Source of the DNA: a virus
Direction: 5' to 3' (one strand)
DNA length: 64,000 nt
Virus record (IMG/VR): IMGVR_UViG_3300035670_000130
Coordinates: 1-64,000 of that record
Position numbers and translations under genes: made by a program. Below the pieces are notes generated by a model. The model worked only from the letters and a program-made list of their open reading frames with translations. It was not told the DNA's origin and did no database searches. Shown here one piece after another: positions 33,140 to 41,949 of this stretch (positions are counted from its first letter, which is position 1; each line of letters starts with the position of its first letter).

Positions 33140-33165
33140 GCGTACCACCAAAGGTACGCTTTTTT
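33140..33165 (+). terminator. Rho-independent terminator
   Basis: GCGTACC-accaaa-GGTACGC followed by TTTTTT, 32 nt after the stop at 33108. Confidence 0.75.
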
Positions 33166-33220
33166 AACGACTAGACTAAGTCAATACATCAACCCACTCA
33201 GTACCCATAGTCTCCTTAAA

Positions 33221-33712
33221 GCTAATAAATATAATATATTTATTATATTATTAGTAATATAACTATTATATTTATTATTAATATATTACTTTTTATTCTA
33301 CTTCTCTCTTTTCTCTTTCCCGTACTCTTTTTTGTACGTTCGCATCTGTTATCTTTTCCTTGGGGCTTGTATCCCGCTCTCCGTCTACTTTTCAGCCATA
33401 CTATGTTGGTAGTACGTTAGCAGTTTATATCTTCTGTATCCCTTACTGTGTCTACTTTTCAGCCTTTTACTGTGTTTTTTCACCCTTGGGGTAATTTTTT
33501 TCTGAAAGGGTACTTTTTAGGGTGTACTACGAGTTCGACGATACCGATATTTACACAAGAATACTATACTGTTTAATACAGTACCCGACATGGTACAACC
33601 CCCTCCGTTCAAAAAAATATATCAGGGGGTCGTTTTTTTGACGATTTTGCCTCAAAGCTTTACGGGGAAAGGGTTCCAGGTGCTACAAATCTGCTAACGT
33701 ATTACCAACATA
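33221..33712. repeat. Non-coding element, copy A (AT-rich block + 22-bp inverted repeats), paralogous to 43351-43795
   Basis: AT-only low-complexity block at 33221-33298. TATGTTGGTAGTACGTTAGCAG at 33402-33423 has its inverse at 33691-33712 (21/22). A 30-bp imperfect direct repeat tgtatccc...gtctacttttcagcc occurs at 33368-33397 and 33435-33464. Confidence 0.8.
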
Positions 33713-33759
33713 CGCCTACAAGACATAGTAGAAATTGATACTTGAACTACTTTGGGTCT

Positions 33760-33786
33760 AAAAAACCCCGCAATCGCTTACGGGGT
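33760..33786 (-). terminator. Rho-independent terminator
   Basis: The minus strand reads CCCCG-taagcgattg-CGGGG followed by TTTTTT, about 40 nt after the stop at 33826. Confidence 0.65.
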
Positions 33787-33825
33787 GGTTACTTTGATTA
33801 TGTACCGGGCTTATTCTAGCCGAGA

Positions 33826-34563
33826 TTACTCGTCTTCGTCGTCGTAGTTTTCGTCTTCCCCCGCTGGTGCTAATAGATTTTTTGGGGTCGAACCGGGAAG
33901 TACATCGGATTCAGTAACTTCAAACCCATGGTCGGTCAAGAACTTGACGTACCTGTTTGCTTTTCCGACTACTCCGTAGTCCTCCAGGATGGACTGTCCG
34001 GCTTTTAGGAGTTCGACTGCGTCTCGGTAGTCCCGGCTTTGTCTTGGTTGCAAGATAATCACCAGCGGATTGCCATTTTCGTCCAACTGCGTAATCTGCC
34101 TTTCCGTTGACGGCATGTTCATAATCTCCTCAGCCCTGTCGATACTGGCATCGATGATGTTGGCGATTCGACTCATCTGGATCGATTGCCTTCTTTCCAT
34201 CTTTTCCAGGTCTTGTCCTCCCTTCCAGAGGTGATACGACTGGTGACGCTTCTTCCACTGGTACTTCTTCTCCCAGTGATACCAGTTGCCCAGTGTGTCA
34301 GCATCGACCCCCTTCACCAACATCAACTCCTCTTTACTTAAAGCATTAATACCTCCGTTCTTTTTTTGTTTTTTTTGCTTTTCAAGGTATTCATCGATTT
34401 CGTTGAAGTCCTGTTTGTGCAAGGCTTTGTACCTCTTGAATGCTCTTGTTGCTCCGCCAAGTCCGAACGGCAGATAGTACCTGGCAAACAGCAGGTAGTG
34501 TTCCCCAGATTCGTCCTCCTGCTTCTCCCATATCGGATCGGCTAACTCGATTTGCTCAGCCAT
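33826..34563 (-). CDS. Hypothetical protein with acidic C-terminus
   Basis: I prefer ATG 34563 (MAEQIELADPIWEKQEDESGEHY...), which has GGAG 6 nt upstream. The track ORF runs to 34734. The protein ends in ...GEDENYDDEDE. Confidence 0.6.
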   Translation of the reverse strand: MAEQIELADPIWEKQEDESGEHYLLFARYYLPFGLGGATRAFKRYKALHKQDFNEIDEYLEKQKKQKKNGGINALSKEELMLVKGVDADTLGNWYHWEKKYQWKKRHQSYHLWKGGQDLEKMERRQSIQMSRIANIIDASIDRAEEIMNMPSTERQITQLDENGNPLVIILQPRQSRDYRDAVELLKAGQSILEDYGVVGKANRYVKFLTDHGFEVTESDVLPGSTPKNLLAPAGEDENYDDEDE

Positions 34564-34898
34564 AAGTAACTCCAAACTCTTCATACTCAGTCTAGTCAAG
34601 CTCAGTGCCGATTTTTTTAAAAAAAATTTTTTTGCATCTCCCTCCCGAGATTGGGTTTGAGGATAACCCACCCCCGCTCTCTGGCTGCGCCCTGCTTTAG
34701 CCACCGCCCCATAGCACCAGCCAGCTTTAAACACCCCTAGAAGCGACGATAAACCTGATTAGGCATAATCCGTCATCTGAACACCGGACAGCCCTTACAG
34801 GTCATTCTAGTGTCAATTGAGAGCGTACTAAGCAAGGTATTTATTCATCTACTAGCAGGATACACACTCTGTACTGTTATTAAAACTTTCTGAAATCG

Positions 34899-34992
34899 TA
34901 CGATACAGAGTACACTGCCTACTATTGGATTTGATACGGTACAGGGTACACTGCCTAATATCTGTTCTGATACTATTGATGGTACAGTGCGA
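34899..34992. repeat. Iteron-like direct repeats with 36-bp phasing
   Basis: GTACACTGCCTA occurs at 34910 and 34946, with GTACAGTGCGA at 34982. Each is preceded by GATAC (34902, 34933, 34969). They sit inside a ~620-bp non-coding region. Confidence 0.7.
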
Positions 34993-35173
34993 TTTATGGT
35001 TTGTGGGAAGTCAACCCCCCCAACCCAGCCACGTCTAATACTCTAGGATTGACTAAGTTTAATTCTGGCTAGCTAGCTTTATATATAGGGGACAGTGGCA
35101 GGACGATCAAAAGTCTAGAAACTATACAGGAAAAGACTTGCAGAGCAGTTTAGAAAAAAGTTTATAGAAAGTG

Positions 35174-35203
35174 TTGACAAACTTAATTAAGCTTAGCTAT
35201 GAT
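35174..35203 (+). promoter_or_regulatory. Putative sigma70-type promoter (TTGACA-18-TATGAT)
   Basis: gtgTTGACAaacttaattaagcttagcTATGATtg, about 150 nt upstream of the 35354 gene. Confidence 0.4.
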
Positions 35204-35353
35204 TGTTTACATCAGGACGGGATAAGCCAACCGGCACCCGGTCTTGATGAGTACCTTGACAACTAAATATAGACAAGCTTGGGTTGCAGCCAAGGTTAGG
35301 AATGCTTCACGCAAACCTAATCTGTTTACCTACTATTTATTGAGGATAAAATC

Positions 35354-36139
35354 ATGGCTAAACAAGCAACCAATCAAACTAACACTGTCGTTGACACTAC
35401 CCCAAAGCCTACTGGCAAATTGGGGGGGCAAGGTGAGTTTTATCACTTCCCGTCACTCGGCGTTTATGCGCCACTAGTTAACGGGGATGCTGCTCAACCG
35501 CAGTTTGACGAGCAAACGTGGCAAGTTATCTCGGCGGCTCTGCCGTCGGTTGATATAGCTAAAGCCAGTGTGATTACTGCGCTTAAGAAAGCTGAAGTTA
35601 AGCAGGTCATCGGTCATTCTGTGACGTTCAAGCTTAATGCCATAACGGCAAGCTTGGAAGCGTCTGAAGACTTATCCGGCAGTTATACGGTCGGAGACTT
35701 CGTGGAATTGCTTGATCGTCTAGAAAATGATCAAGACGTTAATGATGCATTGTTAGCGGTAAAATCCGCTTATGTAATGGTCGAAGTTAAATCTCGCAAG
35801 CGTTCTAACAGTACCGGCACTATTGTCCGGCACGGCAATGGCAGTTCAACGTTTATTGCCGCCAGCCAGGATCAGCTTAAGACGCTAGCTGAGGGATCTA
35901 ACCCCAAGCTAGATTTATGGCTATCACTGGCATCAGTCAATGGATTCAACCCCGATGACTGGGAGGACTACAATTTAGAGCTTCCCCCCAATGCCCATTT
36001 CACAAGCCGCAAGAATGCGGCTCATATCGACATAGTCGCTAAGAAAAGAGGCATCGCTACCCAGACTCTCGGCGGAGTCCAATTTGTAGACTACTCCAAA
36101 ATGTATGACGGATTCGACATAGATCATCTTTACGTCTAA
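35354..36139 (+). CDS. Hypothetical early protein
   Basis: 261-aa ORF with GAGGA SD 7 nt before the ATG. Confidence 0.65.
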   Translation: MAKQATNQTNTVVDTTPKPTGKLGGQGEFYHFPSLGVYAPLVNGDAAQPQFDEQTWQVISAALPSVDIAKASVITALKKAEVKQVIGHSVTFKLNAITASLEASEDLSGSYTVGDFVELLDRLENDQDVNDALLAVKSAYVMVEVKSRKRSNSTGTIVRHGNGSSTFIAASQDQLKTLAEGSNPKLDLWLSLASVNGFNPDDWEDYNLELPPNAHFTSRKNAAHIDIVAKKRGIATQTLGGVQFVDYSKMYDGFDIDHLYV

Positions 36140-36238
36140 TGTCATCCCCAAGGCTCCTAGCCTTGGCTGCGACCCAAGCAAAATTGTAAGCCCCTACACA
36201 AGGCTTTATGCCAAGGGTAGGGATACCTAACTAATACA

Positions 36239-36475
36239 ATGCAAGCAAAGTTACCTGTTATGCGTAAAGGCAGTAACCTGATTTACTGCCCCAAGCCTGC
36301 AAGCTGTGTCCCCACTGCCGATATGTGGGCTAAGCACAATGCCTTAATAGCTAAACGGCGGCAGGCTGTCATAGCCTACCAAAGCCAGCACCAGCAAACC
36401 ATGCCAGAGCCTGCCAAAGGCAATGGCTGGGGGCTGGGTCTGATCGCCATTTTAGGGTTACTGCTCCATGCCTAA
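36239..36475 (+). CDS. Small protein with C-terminal TM segment
   Basis: 78 aa, ending in GWGLGLIAILGLLLHA. Confidence 0.5.
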   Translation: MQAKLPVMRKGSNLIYCPKPASCVPTADMWAKHNALIAKRRQAVIAYQSQHQQTMPEPAKGNGWGLGLIAILGLLLHA

Positions 36476-36611
36476 GACATACAAAGAGGGCTGCAATTAC
36501 TACGCTATCGCCTATGTAGGCGGGCATAGCTTCTATATTGGCCCATTCTCCAACCGTTCTACTGCCCGCCGTCGGGCAATAAAGGCGGCATCTGAATTAA
36601 ACTGCCGCTAA
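36468..36611 (+). CDS. Small hypothetical protein (47 aa)
   Basis: Own translation MPKTYKEGCNYYAIAYVGGHSFYIGPFSNRSTARRRAIKAASELNCR. The ATG overlaps the upstream stop. A CCCCTGCTGG...CCAGCGGGG hairpin follows at 36619-36650. Confidence 0.4.
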   Translation: MPKTYKEGCNYYAIAYVGGHSFYIGPFSNRSTARRRAIKAASELNCR

Positions 36612-36677
36612 TCACTTTCCCCTGCTGGTATTATCCTAATGCCAGCGGGGCTGTAAACCATACAAAACTACACTGCA

Positions 36678-36893
36678 ATGATTGATACAATTTTGTCTGA
36701 ATCCCAAAAAATTTACGACTATGCCAAGCAAAAAACCCCTGCCGGGTTTGAGCGGCTATGGCACAATGACACGCTTACATATCCGTCAGGGACTGGTTAC
36801 TACGATATTCCTACCAAATGGGTAAAGACCGCATTGAGTGCCTATGAGGAAGACGAAGAAGGGATGCTATACCGCAATTTTGAGCGGCTATAG
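36678..36893 (+). CDS. Hypothetical protein
   Basis: 71-aa ORF, co-oriented in the early operon. Confidence 0.5.
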   Translation: MIDTILSESQKIYDYAKQKTPAGFERLWHNDTLTYPSGTGYYDIPTKWVKTALSAYEEDEEGMLYRNFERL

Positions 36894-36983
36894 TAACAAC
36901 CCTGCCCCTAGCAACGCCATCTAGCTAGGGGCACTACCAAGATGGCAGTAACATAAACAATACAATACAAAAGGGAAACCAAA

Positions 36984-37214
36984 ATGACACTGCAAGAATT
37001 CAAATCTCAAATATTAGCCATTTTCCCGAAAGAAAATTGGCATTTCAATGAGCCTCATTTAGAGGCAAAGTCGGAGTGGCTGAGTGCCACGGTGATCGGT
37101 GACCAGTGGATCTACAGCAATGCCGCCGGTGTTCATGGCACTGGCAATACATTAAGGGAAGCAATCTTAGACAGTGAGTTAAAACAACGCCAGTTTTTAC
37201 TGACTGTCGGCTAA
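36984..37214 (+). CDS. Hypothetical protein
   Basis: 76-aa ORF with AAGGGA before the ATG. A terminator follows. Confidence 0.5.
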   Translation: MTLQEFKSQILAIFPKENWHFNEPHLEAKSEWLSATVIGDQWIYSNAAGVHGTGNTLREAILDSELKQRQFLLTVG

Positions 37215-37237
37215 CACAGCCCCATCTCCCACACCAA

Positions 37238-37262
37238 GCCCCCGCCTAGGGGGCTTTTTTTG
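37238..37262 (+). terminator. Rho-independent terminator
   Basis: AGCCCCC-gccta-GGGGGCT followed by TTTTTTT. Confidence 0.75.
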
Positions 37263-37284
37263 TGCCTAAATTTAGTGCTAGGCA

Positions 37285-38676
37285 CTATTCCCGGTAAATT
37301 AATTGTGCTGTCTCCCCAGTCTGCCCCTCCCATCTTTCTAGGCTGATAGAACAATAATCAGGAGACGATTCTAAGCCATACACAGTAAGCCCCAGAGCCT
37401 CCCCAGCCAGGATACTGATACCAGAGCCAAGGAAAGGGTCTAGGACGGTTCTAGGACTATCGTTAGTGCCAGCACCAGCGGGGAGGAAAAGGTTAAATCC
37501 CTCTATGGCTAGTGCCACAGGTTTTTGGGTAGGATGGCATCTTTTTTGACCATGTTCACTATCTTTAATCATGCCGTTCCAGGTGTGCTTAAACAGCCTA
37601 GCGGCATTAGGTTTATTAACCCACGCAAGCTCACAATCGGCATAGTCCCCAGTATTGTTTTTATCCCATACAAACCAGCAGGGGGAAGGGGGCAATACAT
37701 TGGCATAGTGGTTGGCTCCCCACCATAGATGCACAGCCCTTGGGAATAATTCTAGGTAGAGCTTAGATGCCTTAACTGCCGTATCGGTAGTATCGTCGCC
37801 CATCACTGGAGCATATTTATTAACTGCACAGACGTTACTGCTCCCAAGGGTATTATCACTTTTGACGATATTGATGCCATAGGGGGGGTCAGCCCAGATA
37901 AAATCAATAACGGCATTTTTGGTTAGTGCTTTGATATTTTGCTCGGATAGGCTATCGCCACACATCAAGTAGTGCCTACCAAGTTGCCATATATCACCTA
38001 CCTGTACTCTACCCGTAGCACCGCTTTCACCATCAAAGTCATCTAAGTCATCATCGGCATCCCCTTCATCATCATCGGCATCATATTCATCATCTTCATC
38101 TAAATCCATATCGCCGTCCCTTTGTGCCATCAACATATTGGCTATGGTATCCATATCAATATCAAAGGCAGTTATGGACTCTCCCTCTGATAGCAGTTCG
38201 TCTACTTGATTAAACAAGTCGCCGCTATTGAATAGGGACATCAAGGCATCATCACCCAGGGCTGCGGCGGTGGTAGCGTTATGGTCAATACTATATGCGA
38301 CAGCTTTTGCCCTAGTCTCAGAACGGGCTACAGTGGCGGGAATCAGCCAGTCAATAACCTTGCCTGCCTTGTTTTTTACAACGTCGATGTTACCAGGCGG
38401 ATTATTGGCATCTTGCTTAAACAGGGTTTTACAAACATTTAGTGTACGGTCGTGCCCCTCGACCAATGTCAATTTGATGCTGTCGTCAGCCAAGATGGCA
38501 TCAACTTCCCACCGCTGGTATTCCTCTGGCAGAAATACCAGATCGACCTGAACAGGGTCACGGAAGTTATGAGCAAGTACACTGGCAGTTGTTTTACTGG
38601 TGCTGTGTTTTTTACTGTTGCCGTCCAATCCAATTAAGCGGCTTAATTTTATTTGTGCGTATGTAAGCATGATCAT
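37285..38676 (-). CDS. DNA methyltransferase (N6/N4, DPPY type) with ParB-like N-terminal domain and poly-acidic linker
   Basis: 463 aa. Motif IV is FIWADPPYGI and motif I is VLDPFLGSGISILAGE. The linker is DEDDEYDADDDEGDADDDLDDFDGE. Confidence 0.8.
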   Translation of the reverse strand: MIMLTYAQIKLSRLIGLDGNSKKHSTSKTTASVLAHNFRDPVQVDLVFLPEEYQRWEVDAILADDSIKLTLVEGHDRTLNVCKTLFKQDANNPPGNIDVVKNKAGKVIDWLIPATVARSETRAKAVAYSIDHNATTAAALGDDALMSLFNSGDLFNQVDELLSEGESITAFDIDMDTIANMLMAQRDGDMDLDEDDEYDADDDEGDADDDLDDFDGESGATGRVQVGDIWQLGRHYLMCGDSLSEQNIKALTKNAVIDFIWADPPYGINIVKSDNTLGSSNVCAVNKYAPVMGDDTTDTAVKASKLYLELFPRAVHLWWGANHYANVLPPSPCWFVWDKNNTGDYADCELAWVNKPNAARLFKHTWNGMIKDSEHGQKRCHPTQKPVALAIEGFNLFLPAGAGTNDSPRTVLDPFLGSGISILAGEALGLTVYGLESSPDYCSISLERWEGQTGETAQLIYRE

Positions 38677-39194
38677 CCTAGAAGGTAATAGTCTATTGCT
38701 GCCAATACTCCATCAGTGATTGATGGGTGCTTACTAGCCAGCCATTTTTTATCTGAAGACGGCAAGACAACAGAAGTTTGCTTTGATTGCTTCTGGGGCA
38801 TCTTGAGGTAATCCCTGTTAGGCAGCCTAATCTCTCCAGATTCCCTGTATTTTCCGACTATATCTCTTATTGCTCTGCCCAGATTCCTTTTGTTGCCGAA
38901 GCGTCGCACAAGGTAATGATGATATTGAAAAGGAATGGCAATACTAACTAGAGTGCCATCTGGCACCTTTACTTTTTTTTGGTGATTCTTGTTTCGACAT
39001 TCACGGCATTGGGTACTACTTCCATCCAGTAGGGAAGCGGTTGTCACCTCACAGATATTGCCGCATTCACACATGCAGGAATGGAAGGAATACCGTCTTT
39101 TCCCCTCCTTGCTGGGAACGGCAACCTTACCTAGCACAGTCCAACGTCCAAACTGATCGCCTTGCTGAATTATCCTTTCAGGAGTTCTTGGCAT
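38673..39194 (-). CDS. Zinc-finger DNA-binding-like protein
   Basis: ATG 39194 (MPRTPERI...). Contains FGRWTVLGK....CMCECGNICEV....L.DGSSTQCRECR. Its stop overlaps the MTase start. Confidence 0.55.
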   Translation of the reverse strand: MPRTPERIIQQGDQFGRWTVLGKVAVPSKEGKRRYSFHSCMCECGNICEVTTASLLDGSSTQCRECRNKNHQKKVKVPDGTLVSIAIPFQYHHYLVRRFGNKRNLGRAIRDIVGKYRESGEIRLPNRDYLKMPQKQSKQTSVVLPSSDKKWLASKHPSITDGVLAAIDYYLLG

Positions 39195-39262
39195 AGACAA
39201 ATAAAAACGACTGTTGACATTTTAACATCAACAGCCGTCTTGTGCTATACAGATTTATTTGT

Positions 39263-39628
39263 TTATGTCAGGTACAGTAATCCGTCATCCCCAACGTACA
39301 ACAACTGCTCACCCATGCTGTGGGCGATGTCAGTTAGTTGGTCTCCTAGCGGTTGGGGATAGTCCCCATCCCAGAAGCCTGACCCGTGCCAATTTCTGGT
39401 TAGCCACAGGTCGTGCCCTATGGTTGCCAAGTCATATTCGTTTTCTTCTATGCCCAGGCTCAGCCCTTGTTTTTCGCACCGATCAGTAAACTCGATTACG
39501 TCGGTGCAAGCCTTACTGAACGCCTGTTCAGACAGTAAAGCATCTCCGACTATTTCTTCTTCTGTCCCGACTGCGGCCGAGATATAGCCGTCAATTATGT
39601 AACCAGTTTGCCCGTAAACGTTTGACAT
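39263..39628 (-). CDS. Conserved hypothetical (GHDLWLTRNWHGSGFWD motif)
   Basis: 121 aa with GAGGA SD. I recall the motif recurring in phage and plasmid proteins of unknown function. Confidence 0.6.
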   Translation of the reverse strand: MSNVYGQTGYIIDGYISAAVGTEEEIVGDALLSEQAFSKACTDVIEFTDRCEKQGLSLGIEENEYDLATIGHDLWLTRNWHGSGFWDGDYPQPLGDQLTDIAHSMGEQLLYVGDDGLLYLT

Positions 39629-39697
39629 CTTTTAATCCTCAAATAATTTATTTACCTGCCCAGTCAAGCTTGTGATCGGGCAGGTAAGGTTAGCTGT

Positions 39698-40450
39698 CTA
39701 TGCGGTCACAGGACAGGCTTTTTGGGTGCTGGTCTTGCGTGACTTCCACGCCAACCCATGGTCGTGGCACCAGATGTCGCCCGTCCGCCCATCACACATA
39801 CGGCAATCAATACACTTGATGCCGTCGGTTTGAGCGGGACACTGAATGCCCGAGAACCCCACCGGGTGGTGGACATCGAGGGGCAGGTTAACGTAAACGT
39901 TCCAGCCCAATTGCTTAGCCTGGGCAACTTCACCCATGCTGGAGCAGGACGCTTGCAAGAATTTGTAGTCTTGAGCTACTTTGCGTCGCCATTGATGCGT
40001 GTAGCCAGTGTGTCCCTGGCTATGTTCAATGATGCGAGTCCACACTTCAACTGGTACTGCTACGGGGTCGCCATAAGAGCCAATGCGAACGTAACGGTAG
40101 CTAAACAACTGTGCCCACTCTTCAGGCTGAATGTCACGCACCCGACCACTGCTCCAGCTATTCCAAGAGCTATCAATGCCCCCTTGGGCAGTTGTGACAT
40201 AGCACACTCCGCTCTCACGGGTTCCGCTGGTGGGGCGGAGGGGGCAGTTGCCGCAGATGGACAAGTCCATCCCATTGTTTTGAGCGGTGCTGGGGTTAAC
40301 ATCCTGACGCAGGATGTAGGTCTGCACCATGTTGCCTGTTTTTTGGTTTGTGCTGTAATTGAACCCGGTAGCCAATAGCATGATCGGCTCGTTATCTAAC
40401 TGCGATAAACCTTTCCAGAGTACACGTGCGTTATGATTGACTTTAGCCAT
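39698..40450 (-). CDS. Cys-rich conserved hypothetical protein
   Basis: 250 aa. A consensus promoter lies 70 nt upstream. Contains ICGNCPL, CYV, YGDP, TGYTHQW and CIDCRMC motifs. Confidence 0.65.
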   Translation of the reverse strand: MAKVNHNARVLWKGLSQLDNEPIMLLATGFNYSTNQKTGNMVQTYILRQDVNPSTAQNNGMDLSICGNCPLRPTSGTRESGVCYVTTAQGGIDSSWNSWSSGRVRDIQPEEWAQLFSYRYVRIGSYGDPVAVPVEVWTRIIEHSQGHTGYTHQWRRKVAQDYKFLQASCSSMGEVAQAKQLGWNVYVNLPLDVHHPVGFSGIQCPAQTDGIKCIDCRMCDGRTGDIWCHDHGLAWKSRKTSTQKACPVTA

Positions 40451-40518
40451 GATTAATTGCCTTGTATTGTATGGTTTGGGGTTGACTTGGGTAGAACCCT
40501 TACCAACCGATTGATACT

Positions 40519-40547
40519 ATTATAACAGATTTAATTTTGTTTGTCAA
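40519..40547 (-). promoter_or_regulatory. Consensus sigma70 promoter (TTGACA-17-TATAAT)
   Basis: The reverse complement reads TTGACAaacaaaattaaatctgtTATAAT. Confidence 0.75.
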
Positions 40548-40624
40548 CAAATTAAATGCTGCTGTGTCCCTTACAGCCTACGGGTTATGCTGTAGGGGTA
40601 CTTTATCGAGAACGGTAGAGTGCT

Positions 40625-40783
40625 TTAGTTAACCGACCCGACCCCGGCAGCCCCGTCGGGGATTTTTTCTTGGTCGCATTCATCGTCCCATTCGATCCAG
40701 CCGTCTTGGTCTACATAATCCCACCAGTCTCCCGGTGGGCAGTTGGTTGGCTCTTCGTACATAATTCCAGCACATTCAATCAT
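40625..40783 (-). CDS. Small acidic protein (52 aa)
   Basis: ATG 40783 with GAGGA SD (MIECAGIMYEEPTNCPPGDWWDYVDQDGWIEWDDECDQE...). The upstream extension in the track ORF overlaps the DUF932-like gene. Confidence 0.45.
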   Translation of the reverse strand: MIECAGIMYEEPTNCPPGDWWDYVDQDGWIEWDDECDQEKIPDGAAGVGSVN

Positions 40784-40812
40784 TTTTGTATCCTCGTGTT
40801 TAAGGTTATTTG

Positions 40813-40844
40813 CCCCGCTGGTTTTTAAAAAAGCACCAGCGGGG
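40813..40844. terminator. Hairpin built from the inverted ACCAGCGGGG motif (possible bidirectional terminator)
   Basis: CCCCGCTGGT-ttttaaaaaagc-ACCAGCGGGG, 10 nt after the stop at 40854. Confidence 0.4.
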
Positions 40845-40853
40845 AGGATGTAA

Positions 40854-41855
40854 CTACCGCAAGCCGACGCTAACGGGGATGTGAACAGCACCGGTGCGTT
40901 CACGCTGAGCGTACGCAAAGCCAGAGATGCTTTCTAAAAATTTGGATTGACTGCGATTAACAGCGGAGGTGCTGTCGATAAGCCGCTCAACCACGGCATT
41001 GGACTCAGCACTACGCCCATAACGGTGGTTATAGTATTCGGTCACCAGATTATATAAACCCCAGGCAGTCTCACCGGTCAGATCGGAACCGATAAAGTTA
41101 CCGGCATCCCACCGGTCGAGCATTTCGCCAACGATTTTGGGTTGGTCGTTGGCAGGACGGTTAACGTCGCCGAAGTGGTCAACGAGCAGACCCACAGCGG
41201 CTTTCTGGCTGATGCTGGTTTCGGTGAGAACTTTGATGTCCTCTTCCTGTTGCTGATGCTTTTCGAGAATCATTGCCATTGTATTCTCGATTTTTTGGTT
41301 GACATTGCTCGACGTGTGCCGAATGATACTGCCGTTACTCCGAACCTTGGTCGTTTGACCATTGGTGCAGGCCAGTCGCAATTTATTCAAGGCTACGTCG
41401 ATGCCGCTACCGTAACGGTAGGGATAACGCAGAATCAAGCTGGTTTCGATAATGTCGCCAAGCAACCATTCACTGCGGGCTTTTGTTATTTTATCGAGGC
41501 TGGCTACTGCGTAGATGTCCAAGGATAGACGGCCATCCTGCCCAGCCTTGCCGACAATTCGCTGGGTTTTGCCGACTTTGTCGATCTCTAGACCGTAGGC
41601 ATCAGCAAAGCCTTTAAATGTCTCCAGGATGCCTTTAAAGCTGTTTTGCTCTTGGTCGTGCCATCCGTCAGGAATGATGTCGATAAACATGCCGTCCTCT
41701 GGGCGATAAAGCACCTTTTGGACATCCAAGACATTTTCAAAAACTCCACCATACCGAATGGAGCTTACGGCAGGACTCCAGTCAAGCCCAAGTGCCTCCA
41801 GGGACTCATCAATGCCATCAAATTTAACAGCAGTGCCACGGAAAAAGTCAGACAT
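40854..41855 (-). CDS. DUF932-like protein
   Basis: 333 aa with GAGG SD. YRYGSGIDVALNKLRLACTNGQT resembles the DUF932 core (S......RLvC.NG). Confidence 0.6.
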   Translation of the reverse strand: MSDFFRGTAVKFDGIDESLEALGLDWSPAVSSIRYGGVFENVLDVQKVLYRPEDGMFIDIIPDGWHDQEQNSFKGILETFKGFADAYGLEIDKVGKTQRIVGKAGQDGRLSLDIYAVASLDKITKARSEWLLGDIIETSLILRYPYRYGSGIDVALNKLRLACTNGQTTKVRSNGSIIRHTSSNVNQKIENTMAMILEKHQQQEEDIKVLTETSISQKAAVGLLVDHFGDVNRPANDQPKIVGEMLDRWDAGNFIGSDLTGETAWGLYNLVTEYYNHRYGRSAESNAVVERLIDSTSAVNRSQSKFLESISGFAYAQRERTGAVHIPVSVGLR

Positions 41856-41886
41856 GATTTAAACCTCAATCGTTGATTACATAATC

Positions 41887-41915
41887 ATATTAAAACGATT
41901 AAGTTTGTTTGTCAA
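41887..41915 (-). promoter_or_regulatory. Sigma70-type promoter (TTGACA-17-TAATAT)
   Basis: The reverse complement reads TTGACAaacaaacttaatcgtttTAATAT. Confidence 0.6.
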
Positions 41916-41949
41916 GGTAAGTCTGTATTGTTTCAGTATGATTTTCTAT

